This document shows positions 1 to 8,345 of a DNA stretch of 64,000 bases, piece after piece. The translations under genes were made by a program, and so were the position numbers. The DNA comes from an uncultured Planctomycetia bacterium (GTDB lineage Bacteria > Omnitrophota > Gorgyraeia > Pluralincolimonadales > Pluralincolimonadaceae). Positions within the stretch are counted from its first letter, which is position 1. The number at the start of each line of letters is the position of its first letter. Location of the stretch: assembly GCA_964650515.1 (NCBI GenBank), contig CAZYUB010000001.1, forward strand, positions 65,726 to 129,725, given 5' to 3'. The notes below the pieces were generated by a model that saw nothing but the letters and a program-made list of their open reading frames with translations, was not told where the DNA came from and searched no databases.

Positions 1-12
1 CGATAACAGCAA

Positions 13-2460
13 ATGTACGCACGCAATGAAAAGGTGTTGCCGGTATATATAGAAGACGAGATGAAGGATTCGTACATCTCGTACGCGATGAGCGTAATAG
101 TCGGCAGGGCGCTGCCCGACGTAAGGGACGGCCTGAAACCGGTGCACCGCAGGATATTATACGGGATGAACGAGCTCGGCCTGGAGCATTCGAAACCCTA
201 CAAGAAGTCGGCGAGGATCGTCGGAGAGGTCCTCGGCAAGTACCATCCGCACGGCGACGTGGCAATATACGATTCCCTCGTAAGGATGGTGCAGGACTTC
301 TCACTGAGGTACCCGTTGGCCGACGGCCAGGGCAACTTCGGCTCTGTCGACGGCGATTCGCCGGCCGCCATGAGGTATACCGAGGCGCGTATGGCCGCGA
401 TAACGGAAGAGATGCTCGGCGACCTCGAAAAAGACACGGTGAATTTCGTCCCCAACTTCGACGCCTCGCTCAAGGAACCGGTGGTCCTTCCAGCCGCGCT
501 GCCGAACCTGCTTATCAACGGCTCATCGGGCATAGCGGTAGGCATGGCGACCAACATACCGCCGCACAACCTGGCGGAGGTGTCGGAGGGCATCGGCGCG
601 GTAATAGACGACCCGGATATATCCATAAAAGACCTGATGAAGATAATCAAGGCGCCGGATTTCCCGACGGGCGGCATAATATGCGGCCGCGAGGGGATCA
701 AGCAGGCGTATACTACAGGCCGCGGCCTCATAAAGATAAGGGCGAAGGCAAGCATTGAGTCGCAGAAGTCGGGCAAGGAATCGATAGTCATAACCGAGAT
801 CCCTTACCAGGTCAACAAGGCTAACCTCATCGAGAGCATCGCCCAGCTCGTCACCGACAAGAAGATAGAGGGGATATCCGACCTGCGTGACGAGTCCGAC
901 AAGGACGGCCTCAGGGTCGTAGTCGAGATGAAGAGGGACGCCAATGCTCAGGTCGTCCTGAACCAGCTCTTCAAGCACACACAGCTCGAGACGTCCTTCG
1001 GCATCATAATGCTGGCGCTCGTCGACAGCAGGCCGAAGGTACTGAACCTCAAACAGATGCTCGAGTGCTATATAAAGCACCGCAAGGAGATCGTGATTCG
1101 CAGGACGAAGTTCGACCTGGCTCGGGCCAAGGAAAGGGCGCATATATTAGAGGGATTAAAAAAGGCCCTCGCCAACCTCGACAAGATAATAGAGCTCATC
1201 AAGAAGTCGAAATCGGAGGCCGATGCGAAAGAGGGCCTCATGAAGAAATTCGATTTCAGCGAGATACAGGCGCAGGCGATACTCGAGATGCAGCTGCGCA
1301 GGCTTACGGCCCTCGAGCGCGAGAAACTCGAGGCTGAATACCTCGAGCTGATAAAGAAGATAGAATACCTCGAATCGATACTGAAGAGCGAGAAGAAGGT
1401 CTACCAGATAGTAAAGGAAGAGCTGTTCAAGATAAAGGAGAAATACGGCGACGAGAGGCTCACCAATATCGTCGGCGAGATCGAGGACCTTGAGATAGAG
1501 GACCTTATCGCGGAAGAGGACGTCGTCATAACGATAAGTAACACCGGATACATTAAGAGATTGCCGGTCTCCGCCTACCGCAAACAGCGAAGGGGAGGCA
1601 AGGGGGTAACCGGCGCCGACGTGAAAGAGGAGGATTTCGTCGAACACCTCTTCATTGCGACGACGCACGAATACATATTGTTCTTCACGAACCAGGGGCG
1701 CGTGCTGTGGCTGAAGGTCTACGACATACCGCAGGCGGGCCGCCAGGCCAGGGGCAAGGCGATGATAAACCTGCTCGAGATGCAGCAGGGCGAGCGCATA
1801 AGCGCGTTCGTGCCGGTCAAGGAGTTCAAGGCCGAGCACTTTCTCATCATGGCCACAAAACTGGGCGTTATCAAGAAGACATCGCTCGAAGCGTTCAGCC
1901 ACCCGCGAAAAGGCGGCATCATCGGCATAACGCTCGAGAAGGGGGATGAGCTGATAGGGGTCGCGATGACGGACGGGAAGAAGGAGATACTGCTCGCGAC
2001 CAAGGACGGCAAGGCGATAAGGTTCCAGGAGTCCCAGGTAAGGGACATGGGACGCTCGGCCAAGGGGGTAAAGGGCATCACTCTCGGCAAGAAGGACGAG
2101 CTGATAGCGATGGCCGTCGCTGACCCCGAGACGACCGTGCTTACGATAACATCGCTCGGGTTCGGCAAGAGGACGCAAATCAAAGAGTACAGGACGCAGA
2201 GCCGGGGAGGCAAGGGTATAATCAACATAAAGGTCACGCCGAAGAACGGCGAAGCCGTGGCGCTGAAGACCGTCTCCGACAACGACGAGATAATGCTGAT
2301 AACCGGCAAAGGTTCGATAGTCCGCTGCCCGGTCAAGGATATACGTTCGACCGGCCGCGCAGCCCAGGGCGTGAGGATAATCAAACTCGAAGAAAAAGAC
2401 AAAGTAGCTTCTGTCGCCTCGGTGATCGAGGAAGAAGAGGGCGAGGAGGACGCTAAATAA
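13..2460 (+). CDS. gyrA: DNA gyrase subunit A
   Basis: N-terminus carries the GyrA signature [33 protein letters not shown], with the active-site Tyr region. The C-terminal acidic tail [10 protein letters not shown] and the 815 aa length are typical for GyrA. Confidence 0.95.
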   Translation: MYARNEKVLPVYIEDEMKDSYISYAMSVIVGRALPDVRDGLKPVHRRILYGMNELGLEHSKPYKKSARIVGEVLGKYHPHGDVAIYDSLVRMVQDFSLRYPLADGQGNFGSVDGDSPAAMRYTEARMAAITEEMLGDLEKDTVNFVPNFDASLKEPVVLPAALPNLLINGSSGIAVGMATNIPPHNLAEVSEGIGAVIDDPDISIKDLMKIIKAPDFPTGGIICGREGIKQAYTTGRGLIKIRAKASIESQKSGKESIVITEIPYQVNKANLIESIAQLVTDKKIEGISDLRDESDKDGLRVVVEMKRDANAQVVLNQLFKHTQLETSFGIIMLALVDSRPKVLNLKQMLECYIKHRKEIVIRRTKFDLARAKERAHILEGLKKALANLDKIIELIKKSKSEADAKEGLMKKFDFSEIQAQAILEMQLRRLTALEREKLEAEYLELIKKIEYLESILKSEKKVYQIVKEELFKIKEKYGDERLTNIVGEIEDLEIEDLIAEEDVVITISNTGYIKRLPVSAYRKQRRGGKGVTGADVKEEDFVEHLFIATTHEYILFFTNQGRVLWLKVYDIPQAGRQARGKAMINLLEMQQGERISAFVPVKEFKAEHFLIMATKLGVIKKTSLEAFSHPRKGGIIGITLEKGDELIGVAMTDGKKEILLATKDGKAIRFQESQVRDMGRSAKGVKGITLGKKDELIAMAVADPETTVLTITSLGFGKRTQIKEYRTQSRGGKGIINIKVTPKNGEAVALKTVSDNDEIMLITGKGSIVRCPVKDIRSTGRAAQGVRIIKLEEKDKVASVASVIEEEEGEEDAK

Positions 2461-2475
2461 CACGCCCCGGCGGCA

Positions 2476-2504
2476 TGGACAAAACGATCGCAATCAGGTA
2501 TAAT
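2476..2504 (+). promoter_or_regulatory. sigma70-like promoter for tRNA-Glu (TGGACA, 17 nt spacer, TATAAT)
   Basis: TGGACA at 2476-2481 and TATAAT at 2499-2504 read directly from the sequence. The -10 element lies about 37 nt upstream of the mature tRNA 5' end. Confidence 0.5.
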
Positions 2505-2541
2505 TGTCCGGAACCTGCCCCGAAACAGATAAATATGACGC

Positions 2542-2618
2542 GTCCCCATCGTCTAGCCTGGTCAGGACACGAGCTTTTCAAGCTTGCGACCGGGGTTCAA
2601 ATCCCCGTGGGGACGCCA
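2542..2618 (+). tRNA. tRNA-Glu (anticodon UUC), CCA encoded
   Basis: Cloverleaf built by hand. Acceptor stem GTCCCCA pairs with TGGGGAC. D-arm is GTCT...GACA. Anticodon arm is CGAGC-TTTTCAA-GCTTG, giving loop TTTTCAA and anticodon TTC. T-arm is CGGGG-TTCAAAT-CCCCG. Discriminator G precedes CCA. The sequence is near-identical in pattern to E. coli tRNA-Glu. Confidence 0.9.
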
Positions 2619-2642
2619 TAATTAAAAATAAGGAGCAAAACA

Positions 2643-3257
2643 ATGAAAAACAGGATGAGGCCCATATGCCTGTTATTTGTTTTTTTAGGGGCGCTTCTAT
2701 CCGTCCTCCCGGCGGCTGACGCCGGCGAACTCATGATAGCGAGTTTTGAAGGGAACGGGCGGAGCGACCTCGGCACCGACATAGGCGCGTGGAATTCCAA
2801 CCCGCTTGATACCTCGCAGGGCTGCACGATCGAGATGAAAAAACTCTACGGCGTGCTCGGAAAACCGACCGAAGAGAGCCGCGTGATGATGATATCCTAT
2901 GATGTCGCGGCGAGCGGCCCGGCCTTCAACGGCATATACATAAAACTCAACGATACCGACCTTACCCCTTACGACCGGATGAAGATGGCCATAAAAGGGG
3001 ACGCCGGAAAGGGGTTCACGACAAAGTTCAAGCTAGAGATGAAGAACAATAAGGGCGAGCGGGTCGTCTTCATAATAAAAGGGATTACCGCCGAATGGCA
3101 GGAAGTCACGGTGCCGATGCAGGGGCTGAAAGACCTCGGCTCCATAACCGACTGGACTAAGATGAGGGAGATCGTCTTCACCTTTGACGACATGACCTGC
3201 GATTACAAGGAAGGCGTCCTTTACGTAGACAACATAACTTTCTCGTCAGACAAGTAG
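2643..3257 (+). CDS. secreted beta-sandwich protein, paralog A (CBM11/CIA30-like fold suspected)
   Basis: AAGGAG RBS sits 7 nt upstream of the start. Sec signal peptide is MKNRMRPICLLFVFLGALLSVLPAADA. C-terminal motif REIVFTFDD...GVLYVDNITF is shared with the downstream paralog. Confidence 0.6.
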   Translation: MKNRMRPICLLFVFLGALLSVLPAADAGELMIASFEGNGRSDLGTDIGAWNSNPLDTSQGCTIEMKKLYGVLGKPTEESRVMMISYDVAASGPAFNGIYIKLNDTDLTPYDRMKMAIKGDAGKGFTTKFKLEMKNNKGERVVFIIKGITAEWQEVTVPMQGLKDLGSITDWTKMREIVFTFDDMTCDYKEGVLYVDNITFSSDK

Positions 3258-3265
3258 GCCCCGCC

Positions 3266-3937
3266 ATGCGCACCGGGACAATAATATTTCTTGTATCGTC
3301 CGTAATTTCAGCGGCGCCTGCGGTTGCCGCTGATGAGGCCGTGAAGTCGTTCATGGTGGATAATTACGACGCCGGGCAGATGTTCAACCTGCTCGGAGGC
3401 AAGACGCAGGGATACGAAGAAGCGGGAGTCAAATGCATACCGACGTTCACAAAGGACCCCGGAGAGAGGCACGGCGATAGCGGTGCTTCGCTGCGGCTGG
3501 ATTTCGACGTGAGCAAAGGCGCCGGTTTTTCATATTACTGGTCTACGCTGCTTGCGGGCAGGAAGACCGACGTTGCCGGACAAGCGATAGAGCTTATGGC
3601 GTTCAGCGACCTCAGGGGTTATGGCTTCCTTTCGTTCTGGTACAGGGACCCCGCCGGAGGCGCGCTCTTTACGATCGAGATGCACCAGGACACCGACGGG
3701 GACGGCTCGTACATAATGGGCGTGGACAAGATATCGTCGGTGGACATAGCCCAGTATATAGACAAGCTTGCAGCGGGAAAATGGCAGAAGGTCGAAATAC
3801 CGCTCTCAAGGTTCTCGAATATAAACGACTGGAGCAGGGTGCTCGATATAGTATTCGTTTTCAGGAACGGCCGCGGCCTTAATAAGGGGACGGTATTCAT
3901 AGACGACCTGTCCTTCGTCAAATACGCCGCAAGATGA
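3266..3937 (+). CDS. secreted beta-sandwich protein, paralog B
   Basis: Signal peptide is MRTGTIIFLVSSVISAAPAVAADEA. C-terminal motif WSRVLDIVFVFRNG...GTVFIDDLSF aligns with paralog A. The two genes sit in tandem 9 nt apart. Confidence 0.6.
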   Translation: MRTGTIIFLVSSVISAAPAVAADEAVKSFMVDNYDAGQMFNLLGGKTQGYEEAGVKCIPTFTKDPGERHGDSGASLRLDFDVSKGAGFSYYWSTLLAGRKTDVAGQAIELMAFSDLRGYGFLSFWYRDPAGGALFTIEMHQDTDGDGSYIMGVDKISSVDIAQYIDKLAAGKWQKVEIPLSRFSNINDWSRVLDIVFVFRNGRGLNKGTVFIDDLSFVKYAAR

Positions 3938-5037
3938 ACTTCCTTATATTTAATGCTAACATCCTGGCGGCGGGCGGGGAAGTCATAAAAGAGGGCTCGA
4001 TCCTTGTAAAGGACGGCAGGATATCGAAGATCGGCAGGAAGCCGGCGTCCGGGCTCCCCTGCCATAGGATCATAGACGCGAACGGATGTTTTGCGGCGCC
4101 GGGTTTCATAGACCTGCAGGTATACGGCGACCCGGAGAGGGTCGCGTGCCACGAGGCGATGTTCGGGACCACGGGGTTCCTTATCACGATACCGTGCTCA
4201 AGCCGAAAGGCGACGGCGAAGAGGGTCGATTCCGCGGTAAACGATATAGGAGGGCAGTCCGGCGGCGCGAGGATGCTCGGGATTAACCTCGAGGGCCCTT
4301 ACCTGAACAGGGCGAAGCCGGGGGCGCAGGATAAGCGATCCGCGAGGAATCCGGACAGGCCGGAACTGAGGGACCTGGTCAGGAGGTCGAAAGGGCACCT
4401 GAAGCTTATGACGGTAGCCCCGGAACTTAAAGGGGCCTCCGAGGTGATAAAGGCCCTGAAGTCGAAAGGCGTGGTCCCCTCGATCGGCCACACGAAAGCG
4501 GCATTCGGGGAAGTCGAGAACGCCGCGGACCTCGGGGCGAATTGCGCGACGCACGTTTTTAACGCCATGGCCGAGTTTCACCACAGGGAGCCCGGGGCTA
4601 TTGGCGCGATACTGGAAGACCACAGGATAAGCGCGACGGTGATCCTCGACGGCGAACATATCAGCCCGCTGGCTTTCCGGATCCTGCTGAAGTGCAAAGG
4701 CAAAGAGAAGGTGATCCTCATCACCGATTCGCTAAGGAACGACTCGTCGTTCAACGCCAAGTGGGACGGCGGCGTATACAGGCTTAAGGACGGCACGATC
4801 GCGGGCAGTGGGCTTACAATGATAAACGCGGTCAAGAATGCGGTAAGGTTCGGCGACCTGTCTGTGGCCGAAGCCGTCGGGCTTGCCTCCGGCAACCCGG
4901 CAAAACTGCTCGGGCTCGGCAGTAAAGGCGCGATATGCCCCGGCAACGACGCGGATATAGTGCTCTTCGACAACAGGTTCGATGTCTGGCTTACTATGGC
5001 GGAAGGAAGGATAATATATAAAAAATGTGCGGCATAA
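3934..5037 (+). CDS. nagA: N-acetylglucosamine-6-phosphate deacetylase (E. coli-type single-metal class)
   Basis: GFIDLQVYGD aligns with E. coli GFIDVQLNGCGG. GINLEGPYLN aligns with GLHLEGPWLN. SIGHTKAA...ATHVFNAM...REPGAIGAIL also aligns along the E. coli NagA sequence. Confidence 0.85.
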   Translation: MNFLIFNANILAAGGEVIKEGSILVKDGRISKIGRKPASGLPCHRIIDANGCFAAPGFIDLQVYGDPERVACHEAMFGTTGFLITIPCSSRKATAKRVDSAVNDIGGQSGGARMLGINLEGPYLNRAKPGAQDKRSARNPDRPELRDLVRRSKGHLKLMTVAPELKGASEVIKALKSKGVVPSIGHTKAAFGEVENAADLGANCATHVFNAMAEFHHREPGAIGAILEDHRISATVILDGEHISPLAFRILLKCKGKEKVILITDSLRNDSSFNAKWDGGVYRLKDGTIAGSGLTMINAVKNAVRFGDLSVAEAVGLASGNPAKLLGLGSKGAICPGNDADIVLFDNRFDVWLTMAEGRIIYKKCAA

Positions 5038-6854
5038 CAGGATATATAGGCAGCGAGCAAGCGGCCCCTGTGCTGGTAAGGGGCCTCGCGAGGCTTGAAT
5101 ACAGGGGTTACGATTCCGCCGGCATTGCGGTTCTCGAGGGGTCGAGGATCAGGTCCCTCAAGATGCCGGGGAAGATAAAAGGGCTTTACGAAGGGCTCAG
5201 GAAAAACCCGCTTACCGGTTGCACCGGGATAGCCCATACGAGATGGGCCACCCACGGCGTCCCGAACTACGTGAACGCCCACCCGCACTACGACTGCAAA
5301 AAAGAAATAGCCCTTGTACATAACGGCATAATAGAGAATTGCGAGGAGCTCAAGGCCATGCTCCAGAAGAAAGGCCATAAGTTCTGCTCCGATACCGACA
5401 CCGAGGTCCTGCCTCACCTAATCGAGGAACATTACCGCGGAAATCTCGAGGATGCGGTAAGGAAGGCGCTGAAAGAAGCCCAGGGGTCCTACGCGATAGC
5501 GGTTATACATAAGGATGAGCCGGGAAAGCTGGTCGGCGCCCGTAACGGGAGCCCGCTCATAGTCGGCATAGGGAAAGGCGAGAACCTCCTCGCCTCGGAT
5601 TGCCCGGCCGTAATGGATAGGACTCGCAAGGTGATCTTCGTGGACGACAAGGAGGTCATCGCGCTGACGAAAGACAGCGTTTCGATAACGGACTTGGACG
5701 GCAGGAAGGTCCACAAGAAGGCGACCAGGATAGAATGGGACATCTCCCAGGCGGAGAAGGGCGGGTTCGCCCATTTCATGCTCAAGGAGATATACGAGCA
5801 GCCGCGTGTCATACATAAGATACTCACGACAAGGACGGACGCTGCCAAGGGAAAGATAAGACTCGACGGGATAAACCTCAGGCCTTCGGAGTTGAAAGGC
5901 ATAGACAATATAATGATCTCCGCCTGCGGCACGGCGTACCACGCGGGCCTCGTCGGCGAATATCTTATAGAGAAATTCGCCAAGATACCCGTAGAGGTGG
6001 ATGTCTCGAGCGAGCTGAGGTACCGCGATCCGGCCTATTCGCGCAGGACCCTATTCATAGCCGTCAGCCAGTCGGGAGAGACGGCGGACACGCTAGCCGC
6101 GCTCAGGGAAGCGAAGAAGAAAGGCATAAAAGTAATATCGATATGCAACGTGGTCGGCTCGACTATAGTCAGGGAGTCCGACGGCGTCATATACACTCAC
6201 GCCGGCCCGGAGATCGGCGTGGCCTCGACAAAAGCGTACACGGCCCAGGTCGCGATATTCATCCTGCTGGCGCTGTACCTCGGAGCGGCTAACGGCAGGA
6301 TCGGGCGCAGGCAGATGAAGAAGATGCTGGCCGAATTCGAGATGATACCGGAGCGCATGGACGGCATCCTCGACGAGGCCGGCAGGATAAAGGAATGCGC
6401 GAGGAAATATTATAAGCTGCCCTGTTTCATGTATATAGGCCGCGGAGTAAATTACCCGAACGCGTTCGAGGGCGCACTGAAACTCAAAGAGATATCTTAT
6501 ATACACGCGGAAGGGTACGGCGCGGGCGAGATGAAACACGGGCCGATAGCCCTGATAGAAAAGAACATGGCCGTGGTCGCTATAACACCGAGATCGCTTA
6601 CGTACGACAAGATGATATCAAACATCCAGGAGATACGCGCGCGCGACGGAAAAGTCATCGCGATAGCGACCGAGGGCGACCTCTCGGTAAAAAAATACGT
6701 AAGCACGGTGCTGTATATACCGAAGACCGAAGAGCCGCTATCCCCGCTGCTGACGGTAATGCCGCTGCAGCTCCTGGCATACCATATAGCGGTCGCCAGG
6801 GGAAGGGACGTTGACCAGCCGAGGAACCTGGCAAAATCGGTCACGGTCGAATAG
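5025..6854 (+). CDS. glmS: glutamine--fructose-6-phosphate aminotransferase
   Basis: N-terminal MCGITGYIG has the nucleophilic Cys2. Two SIS domains are visible. Length is 609 aa. The start overlaps the nagA end by 13 nt. Confidence 0.95.
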   Translation: MCGITGYIGSEQAAPVLVRGLARLEYRGYDSAGIAVLEGSRIRSLKMPGKIKGLYEGLRKNPLTGCTGIAHTRWATHGVPNYVNAHPHYDCKKEIALVHNGIIENCEELKAMLQKKGHKFCSDTDTEVLPHLIEEHYRGNLEDAVRKALKEAQGSYAIAVIHKDEPGKLVGARNGSPLIVGIGKGENLLASDCPAVMDRTRKVIFVDDKEVIALTKDSVSITDLDGRKVHKKATRIEWDISQAEKGGFAHFMLKEIYEQPRVIHKILTTRTDAAKGKIRLDGINLRPSELKGIDNIMISACGTAYHAGLVGEYLIEKFAKIPVEVDVSSELRYRDPAYSRRTLFIAVSQSGETADTLAALREAKKKGIKVISICNVVGSTIVRESDGVIYTHAGPEIGVASTKAYTAQVAIFILLALYLGAANGRIGRRQMKKMLAEFEMIPERMDGILDEAGRIKECARKYYKLPCFMYIGRGVNYPNAFEGALKLKEISYIHAEGYGAGEMKHGPIALIEKNMAVVAITPRSLTYDKMISNIQEIRARDGKVIAIATEGDLSVKKYVSTVLYIPKTEEPLSPLLTVMPLQLLAYHIAVARGRDVDQPRNLAKSVTVE

Positions 6855-6859
6855 GGACT

Positions 6860-7552
6860 ATGCCAACAGGCACACTGCATGTAGTCGCGACGCCGATAGG
6901 CAACCTCAAGGACATCACGTTCAGGGCTATCGAGACCCTTAAGGGCGTCGACCTCATAGCGGCGGAAGACACCCGCCACACTAAGATACTTACCGCGCAT
7001 TACGGGATAACAACCCCGCTTACGAGCTATTTCGAGCACAACCAGGTGACCAAGGGCGAACACCTTATAGGGCTGCTGAAGGAAGGCAGGGATATTGCGC
7101 TCGTCTCCGACGCAGGCACGCCGGGCATATCCGATCCAGGCGCGCACATAATAGGCCTTGCGGTCAAGAACGGCATAAGCGTCGTCGGGATACCCGGCCC
7201 GAGCGCGGTGATCATCGGACTCGTCGTATCCGGCATGCCGACCGACAGGTTCATATTCGAGGGGTTCCTCCCGAACAAGTCATCAGCGCGCAGGAAACGC
7301 CTTTCAGAGCTCAAGGACGAGAAGAGGACCGTCGTGCTTTACGAGTCGCCGCACCGCATATCGAAGACGCTTTCCGACATACTGGAGATATTCGGTGATA
7401 TAAAGTTGTCGGTGATGCGCGAGCTTACGAAAAAATTCGAGGAAACCCTGCGTTGCGGCGCGGCGGAAGCCGTCACGCATTTCGAGAAGACGAAGCCGAG
7501 AGGGGAGTTCATGATCGCTTTTAACCCGAAAGAAGGTGCGAGAGATGCCTAA
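6860..7552 (+). CDS. rsmI: 16S rRNA (cytidine1402-2'-O)-methyltransferase
   Basis: GTLHVVATPIGNLKDITFRAIETLKGVDLIAAEDTRHTKILTAHYGI is a typical RsmI/tetrapyrrole-methylase-like N-terminus. Length is 230 aa. Confidence 0.85.
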   Translation: MPTGTLHVVATPIGNLKDITFRAIETLKGVDLIAAEDTRHTKILTAHYGITTPLTSYFEHNQVTKGEHLIGLLKEGRDIALVSDAGTPGISDPGAHIIGLAVKNGISVVGIPGPSAVIIGLVVSGMPTDRFIFEGFLPNKSSARRKRLSELKDEKRTVVLYESPHRISKTLSDILEIFGDIKLSVMRELTKKFEETLRCGAAEAVTHFEKTKPRGEFMIAFNPKEGARDA

Positions 7553-8345
7553 GATACATCCTACGGCGATAATCGGCGGTAAGGCCGTGCTCGGTGACGT
7601 CGATATCGGGCCTTACGCGGTGATCGAGGACGGGGCGGCCATAGGCGACGGGACCTCGGTATTGGCGCACGCTTATGTCGCCGGCGGCACTACTATCGGG
7701 AAAGATTGCGAAGTCCATATGGGGGCGGTCGTCGGCCACGTCCCGCAGCACCTGAAGTATAAAGGCGCCAGGACATACCTGAAGATAGGCGACAGGAATA
7801 TCATACGCGAATACTGCAGCATACACCGCGGGTTCGAGGAAGGCTCGGCGACTGTCATAGGCGACGATAACCTCTTCATGGGCTTTTCGCATATCGCGCA
7901 CGACTGCCATATCGGGAACAATACCGTCGTATGCAACGGAGCGCTCGTTGCGGGGCACGTCACCGTCGAGGACGGCGCGTTCGTATCGGGGAACGTGACT
8001 ATACACCAGTTCGTGAAGATTGGGACTCTGGCGATGATAGGCGGCCTGGCCCGCGTGAACAAGGATGTTGTGCCGTATACGCTGATAGAAGGGGATTCCG
8101 AGGCCTGCTCCCTGAACACCGTCGGGATAAAACGCTCGGGCATAGGCGAGGAAGCCGCGGCGCAGATAAAGAAGATATACAGGCTCATCTACCGCTCGGG
8201 GCTGAACGTGAGCCAGGCGCTCGCGGAGGCCGCGAAACTCGGCGCGCTCTCCCCCGAGGCGGAAAAAATGGTTAGTTTCATTAAATCTTCGGAGCGTGGG
8301 ATATGCAAACACAGAAGACCGGCATCGAGCGAAGAAGATATATAA
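7536..8345 (+). CDS. lpxA: acyl-ACP--UDP-N-acetylglucosamine O-acyltransferase
   Basis: IHPTAIIGGKA... shows hexapeptide repeats. LKYKGARTYLKIGDRNIIRE, HIAHDCHIGN and the C-terminal KKIYRLIYRSGLN align with E. coli LpxA. Confidence 0.9.
   Translation: MREMPKIHPTAIIGGKAVLGDVDIGPYAVIEDGAAIGDGTSVLAHAYVAGGTTIGKDCEVHMGAVVGHVPQHLKYKGARTYLKIGDRNIIREYCSIHRGFEEGSATVIGDDNLFMGFSHIAHDCHIGNNTVVCNGALVAGHVTVEDGAFVSGNVTIHQFVKIGTLAMIGGLARVNKDVVPYTLIEGDSEACSLNTVGIKRSGIGEEAAAQIKKIYRLIYRSGLNVSQALAEAAKLGALSPEAEKMVSFIKSSERGICKHRRPASSEEDI

Noticed and set aside
198-2549. Multiple long antisense or alternate-frame ORFs within gyrA (for example 523..1143-, 1156..2493-, 1719..2549-)
   Set aside because: They lie wholly inside the strongly supported gyrA frame, have low-complexity R/A/P-rich translations typical of GC-rich off-frames, and have no RBS.
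3934-5037. NagA lacking the HxH metal-binding motif, which could suggest a pseudogene
   Set aside because: QxY in GFIDLQVYG corresponds to QxN in E. coli NagA, the single-metal subclass. The rest of the active site is intact.
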